In this document: one piece after another, positions 16,690 through 26,198 of the stretch
Layout of the letters: each line of letters starts with the position of its first letter
Numbering within the stretch: the first letter of the stretch is position 1
Translations under genes and position numbers: made by a program
Notes under the pieces: model-generated
The model's database searches: none
Seen by the model: only the letters and a program-made list of their open reading frames with translations
Told to the model about the DNA's origin: nothing
Source of the DNA: Acidimicrobiia bacterium
GTDB lineage: Bacteria > Actinomycetota > Acidimicrobiia > IMCC26256 > DASPTH01
DNA length: 64,000 bases
Assembly: GCA_040880805.1 (NCBI GenBank)
Contig: JBBDHW010000060.1
Coordinates: 655-64,654 of the forward strand
Direction: 5' to 3'

Positions 16690-17949
16690 CTACCTGACGG
16701 GCGTGAACTCCAAGTGCAGTTCCCGGAGGCCGCGGAGCATGTAGGTGGGGTCGTACTCGTAACGCCGCGCGTCGGCCGGGCCGTGCGCCGCCTCCGAGAT
16801 CCGGATCTCGTCCGTGCGGGCCAGGAACCGCTCGGTGGTGATGCGCGACTCTGCACGGGCGAGGGGCGCGCCCGCGCACGAGTGGATGCCGTGCCCGAAC
16901 CCGATGTGCTGGCGACCGTTCACGCGATCGAGGCGGAACTCGTTCGGGTTCTCGAACTGGCGCGGATCGCGGTTCGCGGCGCCGTTCATCACGAACACGG
17001 TGGTGCCGGCAGGCAGATCGACACCGCCGACCGTGACCGGCACGCGTGACAGACGGAACTCGCCCTTGATCGGGCTCTCGAGCCGCAGGGCCTCCTCGAT
17101 GAAGGCCGTGACCTTGCCGGGGTCGTCGCGCAGCGCCTGCTGGAGGTCCGGGCGGTCGCCGAGGATCTGGAACGACGTGGAGAGCAGGCGGGCCGTCGTC
17201 TCGCCGCCCGCGCTGAACAGGTTCGCGGCGATCCGCATGACGTCGTCGACCTCGGGCAACGTGCCGTCGGGGAACGTCGCGGTGGCAAGCCCGGTCATGA
17301 CGTCGTCGCCGGGCGCGCGTCGCCGCTCCTCGATGTACGCGGTGAACTGCTCGTAGAGATACTCCAGCGGCGCATGCGACATCTCCTCGGCGCGCTTCTT
17401 GTCCACGAGATTCGTGCGGAACTTGTCGCGGTCATCTTCGGGCACGCCGAGGAGGTCGGCGACCACGAGGAAGGTGAACGGAAGCGCGTATTCCCTGACG
17501 AACTCGCATTCACCGCGTGGGAAGAATTCGTCGAAGGTCTGATCGGCCAGCTGCCACATGAACTCCTCGTTCTCCTTGAGGCGCCTCGGCGTGATCAGCC
17601 GCATGAGCAACGCGCGGTGGTCGGTGTGCTTGGGTGGATCGAACGAGGGCAGCTGGTCGCTGAACGGCAGCGTGTCGCGGTGCTCCTCGATGATCGCGGT
17701 GATGTCGTCGCCCTTCAGGGGAACCGGGAAATCGAAGAACGGTCCGCTGACCGTGTTGCAGTTCGAGAACGTCGCCTGGTCGTGGTACACAGCGATCGCT
17801 TCGTCGTACCCGGAGATCATCACCACGCCGCGATTCGGCTCGCGCCACACCGGGCTCTGCTCGCGCAGCCAGTCGTAGTACGGGTAGGGGTCCTGGGTCA
17901 GGGCCCGGTTGCGAAAGAAGTCGATGGTGGCGAAATCGGAATTACCCAC
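16690..17949 (-). CDS. Cytochrome P450 (paralogue pair A with 14371..15702).
   Basis: The haem loop FGHGIHSCAGAPLAR is identical to the paralogue's. By eye the two proteins are roughly three-quarters identical. The start codon is GTG. Confidence 0.92.
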   Translation of the reverse strand: MGNSDFATIDFFRNRALTQDPYPYYDWLREQSPVWREPNRGVVMISGYDEAIAVYHDQATFSNCNTVSGPFFDFPVPLKGDDITAIIEEHRDTLPFSDQLPSFDPPKHTDHRALLMRLITPRRLKENEEFMWQLADQTFDEFFPRGECEFVREYALPFTFLVVADLLGVPEDDRDKFRTNLVDKKRAEEMSHAPLEYLYEQFTAYIEERRRAPGDDVMTGLATATFPDGTLPEVDDVMRIAANLFSAGGETTARLLSTSFQILGDRPDLQQALRDDPGKVTAFIEEALRLESPIKGEFRLSRVPVTVGGVDLPAGTTVFVMNGAANRDPRQFENPNEFRLDRVNGRQHIGFGHGIHSCAGAPLARAESRITTERFLARTDEIRISEAAHGPADARRYEYDPTYMLRGLRELHLEFTPVR

Positions 17950-18027
17950 GGCGGTTCCCCTGACGATGATCGATGACTCGGGTTCACACTAGGAAGGAAC
18001 GTTCTCGCAGAGCAACGGCCCGCGCGA

Positions 18028-19245
18028 CTACGCGCTGGGTGTGAAGGTTGCCGGCATGCGTTGCCAGCCTCCGACCATTGCCCAGTCGGGGTATTCCTCG
18101 ACGCCGTCCAGCGCGATCTCGTAGTCGGGCATGCGCCGGAGTACGGCCGTGATCATTTCGGAGAACTCGACTCGGGCAAGGTGTGATCCGGGGCAACGGT
18201 GAATGCCGACTCCGAACGAGAGGTGCCGGTTCGGAAGGCGGTCGATGACGAACTCGTCGGCGTTCTCGAATTCCGACTCGTCGCGCCCGGCGGCGGCCTC
18301 GCTCAAGAGAACGCGCTCACCCTTCTTCATCTCGACGCCCTCGAACACGGTGTCAACCGCAACCGTTCGCGCGTGCGTTCGCGCCGGCGGGTAGTAGCGA
18401 AGGAACTCCTCCGTGGCGAGCGGTAAGAGGTCGGGCTCGTTGCGCAGTCGTTCGCGATCGTCCGGGTGCTGCGACAGATGGAGCAACGCGGCGCCCGTGA
18501 GCGACGTCGTGGTGTCGACGCCGCCGGCCGTCGTGAGAAACGCGATCGACTGCGCGATCTCTTCGGATATCCGCACACCGTCGACCTCATGATGTGCGAT
18601 CGCGGTGAGTGCGTCGTCGCGTGGGGACGCGATGCGGTGTTGCAATTCTTCGGTGATGCGAGTCATCACCGGTCCGTACGACTCTGAGGCTTGCCGATGC
18701 TCGGGGGTTCCGATCGGGTACGCGGAGACGCCGTGGAAGGCGTCGGAGAACGTCTGCCACTCTTCGCGTGGGAATCCCATCCACTCCAAGGTGACGGCCG
18801 CAGGGACGGGGCAGGTGAGGTCGTGAACGAACTCGCACTCACCGAGGTCGACGACTTGGTCGAGGTAGTGCGCGGTCCAGAACCGGGCCCGCTCGCGCAG
18901 GCGCTCCGATGCCTGAGGCGAAAGGATCTGCGCGAGCGCGCGGCGCAATCCGTACCACCTCGGCGGGTCGCACTCCTCCGGGAGGCAGACGGGAACCTTG
19001 CTGTTGGTGAAGGAGATTGCGGATCGATCCGGGTCGGTCCGCTCCGACGAGAATCGCTCCCAGTCGCGGAACGCCGCGGCCACGGCTTCGAAGCTACTGA
19101 TGACCCAGTGCCCGCCGTTGTGTTCTGCCCATGCGACCGGGCACAAGGCAGCGCGCACTGATCTCCACGCATCGTCGGAACTTCCCCGAGTCGTCGATCC
19201 GAAGAGGTCGAAGTCCACCCGCGGGCGCGTTGCGTTCGAATTCAT
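18028..19245 (-). CDS. Cytochrome P450.
   Basis: The haem loop is FGVGIHRCPGSHLAR, with EEFLRYYPP (ExxR) and TAGGVDTT. I chose the ATG at 19245 (MNSNATRP); the upstream 72 codons of the track ORF look non-coding. Confidence 0.9.
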   Translation of the reverse strand: MNSNATRPRVDFDLFGSTTRGSSDDAWRSVRAALCPVAWAEHNGGHWVISSFEAVAAAFRDWERFSSERTDPDRSAISFTNSKVPVCLPEECDPPRWYGLRRALAQILSPQASERLRERARFWTAHYLDQVVDLGECEFVHDLTCPVPAAVTLEWMGFPREEWQTFSDAFHGVSAYPIGTPEHRQASESYGPVMTRITEELQHRIASPRDDALTAIAHHEVDGVRISEEIAQSIAFLTTAGGVDTTTSLTGAALLHLSQHPDDRERLRNEPDLLPLATEEFLRYYPPARTHARTVAVDTVFEGVEMKKGERVLLSEAAAGRDESEFENADEFVIDRLPNRHLSFGVGIHRCPGSHLARVEFSEMITAVLRRMPDYEIALDGVEEYPDWAMVGGWQRMPATFTPSA

Positions 19246-19357
19246 CTCCACCGCGTGACGATAACCAGTTCCACGAGTCCCGAGTCGGGCGCGCCGTCCT
19301 GACCGCGCCGTGCTACGACAGGGGAGTCCGGACCGAGATCGAGACCCTGGGGTGACC

Positions 19358-20521
19358 ATGCCTGAGCAGCCGACGCGACCTGAGATCATCGACTCCGACG
19401 GGCACGTCATCGAGCCCGACGTGATCTGGAAGGAGTATGCAGAACCGGAGTTCCGCGACATTCTCGGTCATCCGGGTGGCGGCTACGTGCAGGCCACCGG
19501 CATTCAGCGCGCGTACCCCGACATGGCGCCCGAGTTCCTCGGAGGCGGTGGCGACGACGATGAGGCCGCGTGGGCGTCGACCGCCGCGGGCGACGCCAAC
19601 TGGGACGAGGAGTCCAAGTTCAAGATGAGCCGGCCGGGCGGCCACGACCCCGCGGCTCGGCTCGTCGACATGGACGCCGAAGGTATCGACGTCGCTGTCC
19701 TCTATCCCACTGCGATGCTGACGTGGATCGAGGAAGCCGACGTCTTCGGTGCCGCGTGCCGTGCGTACAACAACTGGTTGTACGACTACTGCGCGGTGGC
19801 GCCGAGTCGCTTGTACCCGGTGGCGCTCGTGCCGCTCCAGGATCCGCAATCGGCCGTCGTCGAGATGGAGCGCGCGCTCGAGCACCTCGACGCGAAGGCG
19901 GTGATGATCCGGCCGGCGCCGTACATCGGTGCGCTGAAGCTCAATCATCCCGCGTACGGCCCCTTCTGGGCTGCGGCCGAGGCGCTCGGGTGCCCGATCG
20001 GTGTGCATCCGTCGCCCCACGGCGACATGCTGAACGCGTGCCGCCTGCTCGGGCTCGCGGACGGTGTGACGAACCCCACGGAGGGGCTTGCGCTTCGCCA
20101 GGGTCTCACGAACGCCCTCGACCTCCAGATGGCGGTCGGGTACTTCACCCTCGGCGGGATCTGCGAGCGTCATCCCGACCTGCGCGTCGCGTTCCTCGAG
20201 GGGACGGGTGGCTGGATCGTGCCGATGCTGCAGCGCTTCGATCACCAGTTCGAGATCTTCGGCAGTCCGGATCAGGCGACGCGACCGAGCGAGGTGTTCG
20301 CGCGTCAGTGCATGGTGAGCTTCGACCCCGACGAGGTCGCGCTGGCCTTCACCGCCGAGCACCTCGGCGCGGACAAGATCCTCTGGGCGTCCGACTACCC
20401 ACACCCGGACGCGAAGATCCCGGGCGTCGTGGAAGAGCTCCTCGATGCGGTGAAACCCTTGCCGGACGAGTCGAAGCGTCTGATCCTCGGCGCGACCGCA
20501 CGGGCGTTCTACAACCTCTGA
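19358..20521 (+). CDS. Amidohydrolase_2-family metal-dependent hydrolase or decarboxylase.
   Basis: Motifs are IIDSDGHVIEP near the N-terminus and ILWASDYPHPD near the C-terminus. I chose the ATG at 19358. Confidence 0.8.
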   Translation: MPEQPTRPEIIDSDGHVIEPDVIWKEYAEPEFRDILGHPGGGYVQATGIQRAYPDMAPEFLGGGGDDDEAAWASTAAGDANWDEESKFKMSRPGGHDPAARLVDMDAEGIDVAVLYPTAMLTWIEEADVFGAACRAYNNWLYDYCAVAPSRLYPVALVPLQDPQSAVVEMERALEHLDAKAVMIRPAPYIGALKLNHPAYGPFWAAAEALGCPIGVHPSPHGDMLNACRLLGLADGVTNPTEGLALRQGLTNALDLQMAVGYFTLGGICERHPDLRVAFLEGTGGWIVPMLQRFDHQFEIFGSPDQATRPSEVFARQCMVSFDPDEVALAFTAEHLGADKILWASDYPHPDAKIPGVVEELLDAVKPLPDESKRLILGATARAFYNL

Positions 20522-20570
20522 TCGCGTTGCTCACTGCGAAGCGAGCGTTCACTCAGGAACAGGAGAGCCG

Positions 20571-21290
20571 ATGGCGACGTATGTTCTCGTGCACGGCGGC
20601 GCGCACGGCGGATGGTGCTACCAGCGCGTCGCCCGCCTCCTGCGGTCCGCGGGGCACGAGGTGTACACGCCCACGATGACCGGACTGGGGGAGCGGTCGC
20701 ATCTGCTCAGCCCCGGCATCGGCCTCGACCTGCACATCACCGACATCGCGGCGGTGCTCCACTACGAGGATCTCCGCGACGTGATCCTGGTCGGGCACAG
20801 CTATGGCGGGATGGTGATCACCGGCGCCGCAGATCGCGCCGCCGAGCGGGTCGGCCGCATCGTGTACCTCGACGCCGCGAACCCGGTGAACGGTCAGTCC
20901 CTCGTCGATGTCGCCGGCCCGATCATCGAAGCGACCCGCCCCGCAGGGCAGGTCGTGGACGGCGTGGAGCTGGTGCTGCTGCCGTCGCCCGAGGCGGGCC
21001 GGTTCTATGGCGTGACCGATCCGGACGACGTGGCCTGGATGGCGGACCGGTTGACCGGCCACCCGTGGGGCTGCTTCGAGCAGCCGCTCCGCCTCACGAA
21101 CGAAGCGGACCTGTGGGCGATCCCGCAGTACCACATCGTCTGCACCTCCACGCTGGCCACCCGAGAACCCGAGCTCATGGAGAAGGCGCGCGCGGCGGGT
21201 CGACTCTGGGAGATCGACACCGGCCATGACCTCATGATCACCGAGCCCGAGGCGGTGGCCGACGCACTGCTGCAGGTCGCGTCCGACTGA
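20571..21290 (+). CDS. Alpha/beta hydrolase (esterase-like).
   Basis: Motifs are YVLVHGGAHGGWCY, the nucleophile elbow VGHSYGG, and a C-terminal GHDLM. Confidence 0.8.
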   Translation: MATYVLVHGGAHGGWCYQRVARLLRSAGHEVYTPTMTGLGERSHLLSPGIGLDLHITDIAAVLHYEDLRDVILVGHSYGGMVITGAADRAAERVGRIVYLDAANPVNGQSLVDVAGPIIEATRPAGQVVDGVELVLLPSPEAGRFYGVTDPDDVAWMADRLTGHPWGCFEQPLRLTNEADLWAIPQYHIVCTSTLATREPELMEKARAAGRLWEIDTGHDLMITEPEAVADALLQVASD

Positions 21291-21324
21291 CCTGGCGTGT
21301 CGACCGGGATAGGGTGCTTGTCCG

Positions 21325-22569
21325 ATGACTCCCCGCGTCGATGTCCCGGCGTCCATCGATCCCCTCGATCTCGTCGACCCCGCGCGGTTCGCACGCAACG
21401 GCTACCCGGACGCGGTGTGGACGCGACTGCGGGCCGAGGCGCCCGTGGCGTACTTCGAGCCGCCGGGCTACCAGCCGTTCTGGGCGATCACGAAGCACGC
21501 CGACATCGTGGACGTAGCGTCGCAGCCGGTGCGCTTCTCGAACGCGCACGGGCTCATCCTCGGCCACATCGGCGCTCCGGCGCAGCCGACGGAGATGGTC
21601 GTCACCCTCGACCCTCCGCGGCACGGACCCCTGCGCCGCGTCGCCATGCCGCGCTTCACGCCACGCGCCATTCGATCGCGCCACGCCGAGATCGAGCGCA
21701 TCGCAGTCGAGATCCTCGATGAGGTGGCGGCCGCGGGCGACTCGGGCGAGTTCGACTTCGTCGAGCGCATCGCCGCGCCGCTGCCGATCGCGGTGATCTC
21801 CTGGATCCTGGGTGTGCCTCGTTCCGACTGGCAGCTGCTGTTCCATTGGACCAACGAGGTGATCGGCAAGGACGATCCGGAGTTCCGCCGCCCCGGCGAG
21901 ACACCCGGCCAGACCATCAAGCGTGCTCGCGGCGAGATGCACGCCTATCTGGGGGCCCTCATCGAGGAGCGCCGGCGGGATCCAGGCGACGACATCGTCA
22001 GCCACCTGGTCAGCGCGGAGATCGACGGCGAGCCGCTCACCGAGGAGCAGCTCCTCATGTATTGCGAGCTGATCGTCGAGGCGGGCAACGAGACCACGCG
22101 CAACGCGATCAGCGGGGGTCTGCTCGCCTTCTCCGAGCGCCGCGGCGAGTGGGAGAAGCTGCGTGACCACCCCGAGCTGATGCCCGACGCGGTGGAGGAG
22201 ATGCTGCGGTGGGTCAGCCCCATCATCCATTTCACGCGGATGGCCACCGAGGACTCCGAGGTGCGCGGGGTGAAGATCGCCGAGGGCGAGCGGGTGGCGA
22301 TCTTCTTCGCGTCCGCGAACCGGGACGAAGAGGTGTTCGAGGACCCGTTCGCGTTCCGCGTGGACCGCCACCCGAACCCCCACCTCGCGTTCGGCATCGG
22401 CGAGCACTTCTGCATGGGCGCGCACCTCGCGCGCCTCGAGATGGAGACGGTCTTCCGGCACCTGCTCACGCGGCTCGAGTCGTTCGAGGTGTCGGGCCCG
22501 GCGGAGCGCCTCAACTCGGCCGTCAACGGCGGCATCAAACACCTGCCGCTGCGCTGCCGCCTCACTTGA
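21325..22569 (+). CDS. Cytochrome P450, resembling the CYP124/125/142-type lipid or steroid terminal hydroxylases.
   Basis: The haem loop is HLAFGIGEHFCMGAHLARLE, with FWAITKHADIV, AGNETT and EEMLRW. The clade assignment is from memory of motif patterns only. Confidence 0.9.
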   Translation: MTPRVDVPASIDPLDLVDPARFARNGYPDAVWTRLRAEAPVAYFEPPGYQPFWAITKHADIVDVASQPVRFSNAHGLILGHIGAPAQPTEMVVTLDPPRHGPLRRVAMPRFTPRAIRSRHAEIERIAVEILDEVAAAGDSGEFDFVERIAAPLPIAVISWILGVPRSDWQLLFHWTNEVIGKDDPEFRRPGETPGQTIKRARGEMHAYLGALIEERRRDPGDDIVSHLVSAEIDGEPLTEEQLLMYCELIVEAGNETTRNAISGGLLAFSERRGEWEKLRDHPELMPDAVEEMLRWVSPIIHFTRMATEDSEVRGVKIAEGERVAIFFASANRDEEVFEDPFAFRVDRHPNPHLAFGIGEHFCMGAHLARLEMETVFRHLLTRLESFEVSGPAERLNSAVNGGIKHLPLRCRLT

Positions 22570-22571
22570 CG

Positions 22572-23366
22572 ATGGGCGAGGAGCTCGCAGGGAAGGTCGC
22601 GATCGTCACCGGTGGCGCCAGCGGGATCGGCCGTGCGACCGCCGAGCTGTTCGTGGAGGAAGGCGCGCAGGTCGTCATCGCCGATGTGAACGCCGACCGG
22701 GGCGTTGAGGTGGCGGCGGGACTCGGCGCGGCGGCCGCGTTCAAGCGCACCGACGTGTCCGATGCGGACGAAGTCCAGGCGCTCGTGGATTTCGCCGTCG
22801 GGCACTTCGGCGGGCTCCACGTGATGTTCAACAACGCCGGGATCGGCAGCGCCTTCACCCGCTTCCTCGACAATGATCTGGCGGACTACGAGCGCGTGAT
22901 GGCGGTGAACCTCTTCGGTGTCATGGTCGGCAGCCAGCGCTCGGCGCGCCACATGGCGGAGCACGGCGGCGGCTCCATCATCAACACGTCGTCCATCGCG
23001 GCGCTCACCGGCGGCGCCGGGCCGATCATGTACCGAGCCGCGAAGGCCGCCGTCATCCAGTTCAGCCGCTCGATCGCGATCGACCTGGCGGACTACGGGA
23101 TCCGGGTGAACTGCATCGCGCCGGGCCACATCCCCACGGGCATCACGAACTACGACATGGCGGCAGTCATCCGGCACACGCAGCCGCTGCAGCGCCTCGG
23201 GTCGTCGGAGGACGTGGCGAACGCGGTCCTGTTCCTGGCGGGCGACCGCTCGGCGCAGATCACGGGGATCGTGGTTCCGGTCGACGGTGGGACCACCGCG
23301 GGCCCGCCCGCCAACCAGATGCGGGAGATCCTGAGCAAGCGCACGGGAGGTCCGGATGCCGGCTGA
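22572..23366 (+). CDS. SDR-family oxidoreductase.
   Basis: Motifs are KVAIVTGGASGIGRA, NNAG and Y..AKAA. It starts 2 nt after the P450 stop. Confidence 0.9.
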   Translation: MGEELAGKVAIVTGGASGIGRATAELFVEEGAQVVIADVNADRGVEVAAGLGAAAAFKRTDVSDADEVQALVDFAVGHFGGLHVMFNNAGIGSAFTRFLDNDLADYERVMAVNLFGVMVGSQRSARHMAEHGGGSIINTSSIAALTGGAGPIMYRAAKAAVIQFSRSIAIDLADYGIRVNCIAPGHIPTGITNYDMAAVIRHTQPLQRLGSSEDVANAVLFLAGDRSAQITGIVVPVDGGTTAGPPANQMREILSKRTGGPDAG

Positions 23367-25008
23367 CATCGTCGTCCGCGGCGGAACGGTCTTCGACGGG
23401 AGCGGCACGCCCGGCCGCGTGGCCGACGTGGCGATCGAGGGCGGTGTGATCCGCGAGGTCGGGGCGAACCTCCGGGGCGAGCGCGAGCTCGACGCGTCGG
23501 GTTGCGCGGTCGCACCGGGCTTCATCGACATCCACACCCACTACGACGCGCAGGTGTTCTGGGACCCGGCCCTCCGGCCGACGTCGTACCACGGCGTCAC
23601 CACCGTCGTCGCCGGCAACTGCGGCTTCACGATCGCGCCCACCCGGCCCGAGCACCACGACGTGATCGTGCGCACGCTCGAGAACGTCGAGGACATGGAC
23701 GGCGCGTCACTGACCGCGGGCATCGTGTGGGAGTTCCAGACCCACCCTGAGTACATGGGGCTGGTTCACCGCCGCGGCACGGTGCTCAACTTCACCGCGT
23801 ACATCGGGCACAGCGCGCTGCGGCTCTACGTGATGGGCGACGCGGCGTACGAGCGTGCGGCGACGGCCGACGAGATCGACCAGATGTGCCGTCTCGTCAC
23901 CGAGGCGATCGACGCGGGGGCGGCCGGGTTCTCGACGAGCTTCGCCTACACGCACCGCGGCATGGACGGGAAGCCGGTTCCCAGCCGCTTCGCCGAGCGC
24001 GACGAGGTCGAGGCGCTCTTCCTCACGGTGGGACGGACGGGCAAGGGTGTGGTGCTCGCCACGGCGGGCGAGCAGTGCACGTACGCCGACATGTACGAGT
24101 TGCAACCCCGCATCGGGCGGCCGTTCACCTACCCGTTGTTCGCCCTCGCCGACGGCAGGCACCAGCCACAGCTCGACCTGCACGAGGCGGCCCTGGCCCG
24201 CGGCGCGCAGGTGTGGCCGCAGGTCACCCCGCGGCCGCTCACCATGCAGTTCACGCTGGCCAGCCCCTTCAGCCTCAACGTGAGCACGGTCTTCGGGGAC
24301 CTCATGGACAAGGACCGCGACGCCCGCATCGCCGCGTACCGCGATCCCGCCTGGCGGGCCCGGGCCGCCGCCGACCTCGAGCAGGTCCCGATGCGGCCGC
24401 GCTGGGAGACCTGCGAGGTCTCCGAGTCGGACCGGTTCCCCGAGCTGGAGGGCCGGGGGGTGGACGAGCTCGCGCGTGAGCGCGGCTGCAGCCCGCTCGA
24501 CGTGATGTGCGAATTGGCGCTCGAGGAGGACCTCGAGACGCGCTTCCGCATCTACATCGCGAACGACGAACCCCGCAGCGTGAGCCACCTGCTCACCCAC
24601 GAGCAGGTCGCGCTGGGCCTCTCGGACGCGGGCGCGCACGTCAGCCAGCTCTGCGACGCGCCGCTGGCCACGGACCTGCTCGGCAACTGGGTGCGGGAGC
24701 GAGAGGTCATGCCGCTCGAGCGCGCGGTGCGCAAGTTGAGTGGCGAACCGGCCGACATGTTCGGGTTCGCGCGCCGGGGCTACGTACGCGAGGGCTACTG
24801 GGCCGACGTGTGCGTGTTCGATCCCCAGACAGTGGGCCCCGGCCCCCTCCGGCGCGTGCGCGACTTCCCGGCAAATGGAGAACGTCTAACCGCGGAAGAG
24901 CCGACGGGCGTTCGGCACGTGCTGGTCAACGGCACGCCGATCCGCCTCGATGGCGAGCAGCTCGACGCGCGCGGGCTGCGTCCCGGCATGCAGCCGGAGA
25001 TCACCTGA
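23356..25008 (+). CDS. D-aminoacylase-like amidohydrolase (N-acyl-D-amino-acid deacylase family).
   Basis: Motifs are DIVVRGGTVFDGSG....ADVAIEGG.I..VG and APGFIDIHTHYD. It overlaps the upstream SDR by 11 nt. Confidence 0.8.
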   Translation: MPADIVVRGGTVFDGSGTPGRVADVAIEGGVIREVGANLRGERELDASGCAVAPGFIDIHTHYDAQVFWDPALRPTSYHGVTTVVAGNCGFTIAPTRPEHHDVIVRTLENVEDMDGASLTAGIVWEFQTHPEYMGLVHRRGTVLNFTAYIGHSALRLYVMGDAAYERAATADEIDQMCRLVTEAIDAGAAGFSTSFAYTHRGMDGKPVPSRFAERDEVEALFLTVGRTGKGVVLATAGEQCTYADMYELQPRIGRPFTYPLFALADGRHQPQLDLHEAALARGAQVWPQVTPRPLTMQFTLASPFSLNVSTVFGDLMDKDRDARIAAYRDPAWRARAAADLEQVPMRPRWETCEVSESDRFPELEGRGVDELARERGCSPLDVMCELALEEDLETRFRIYIANDEPRSVSHLLTHEQVALGLSDAGAHVSQLCDAPLATDLLGNWVREREVMPLERAVRKLSGEPADMFGFARRGYVREGYWADVCVFDPQTVGPGPLRRVRDFPANGERLTAEEPTGVRHVLVNGTPIRLDGEQLDARGLRPGMQPEIT

Positions 25009-25032
25009 TCGTGTCGCCGATCTGCGCCGGGC

Positions 25033-26184
25033 ATGTCACCTGACGACCAATTCCGCTACGAGCTGCGTTCGTGGCTGCAGGAGCACCCGCCGCCCGACGT
25101 CGACATCGCGGAGACGCGCGAGGAGGCCGAGGCGCTGCGCGAGTGGCAACGGACGCTCCACTCCGGACGCTGGGTCGGGATCCACTGGCCGGTCGAGTAC
25201 GGCGGGCGCGGCGCGTCGCTGACGCACGTCGCCATCTACAACGAGGAGCTGGCCCGCGCCGACACGCCGCAGATCCTCGGGCGGGCCGGCGTCAGCCTGG
25301 TCGGGCCGACCCTGATGGCGCACGGCACGGAGGAGCAGCGCCTGCGGTGGATGCCGAGGATCCTGGGTGCCGACGACATCTGGTGCCAACTCTTCAGCGA
25401 GCCCGACGCGGGGAGCGACCTCGCCGCCCTCTCGACGCGCGCGGAGAAGCGTGGCGGCGCGTACCTCGTGAACGGTCAGAAGGTGTGGTCGTCGTACGCG
25501 ACGTACGCCGACTGGGGCATCGCGCTGGTGCGTACTGACCCGGAGGCGCCCCGGCACAAGGGAATCTCGATGCTGGCGATCCCGATGCACACGAAGGGTG
25601 TCGAGGTCCGCCCGCTGCGCCAGATCACCGGCGAGAGCGAGTTCAACGCGATCTTCTTCGATGAGGTAGAGGTGCCGGTCGAAAACCTCATCGGCCCGGA
25701 GAACGAGGGGTGGCGGGTGGCGAACACGACACTCGCCAACGAGCGCGGCGCGACGTTCGTGTGGAAGGAACAGGTGTTGCACCAGGCGGCCATCGATCTC
25801 CTGTCACAGACGTGTGCACGCCTCGGGCGGCTCGGCGACCCGATCGTGCGCCAGCGGCTCGCGCAAACCTGGATCGAGGTCGAGATCTTTCGCCTGCACA
25901 ACGCGCGCACGCGAGCCCGCATCGAGCGCGGCGAGGAGATCGGACCCGAGTCGAGCCTCGTGAAGCTGTTCTGGGCGCAGATGAGCCAGCGGCTCTACGA
26001 GACCGCCAGCGCGGTTCTGGGACCGGACGCACTCCTCATGCCGGAGGACCAACGCGCGATCGATCGCGGACAGTGGGCGCGCGGCCTCCTATCGACGCGC
26101 GCCAACTCCATCATGGGCGGCACGAGCGAGATCCAGCGCAACATCGTCGGTGAGCGTTTGCTCGGCCTGCCGAGGGAGCCGTGA
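25033..26184 (+). CDS. Acyl-CoA dehydrogenase.
   Basis: Motifs are WCQLFSEP.AGSDLA, NGQKVW.S, and the C-terminal GGTSEIQRNI.GER.LGLP. Confidence 0.9.
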   Translation: MSPDDQFRYELRSWLQEHPPPDVDIAETREEAEALREWQRTLHSGRWVGIHWPVEYGGRGASLTHVAIYNEELARADTPQILGRAGVSLVGPTLMAHGTEEQRLRWMPRILGADDIWCQLFSEPDAGSDLAALSTRAEKRGGAYLVNGQKVWSSYATYADWGIALVRTDPEAPRHKGISMLAIPMHTKGVEVRPLRQITGESEFNAIFFDEVEVPVENLIGPENEGWRVANTTLANERGATFVWKEQVLHQAAIDLLSQTCARLGRLGDPIVRQRLAQTWIEVEIFRLHNARTRARIERGEEIGPESSLVKLFWAQMSQRLYETASAVLGPDALLMPEDQRAIDRGQWARGLLSTRANSIMGGTSEIQRNIVGERLLGLPREP

Positions 26185-26198
26185 GCCCGACGCGCGGT

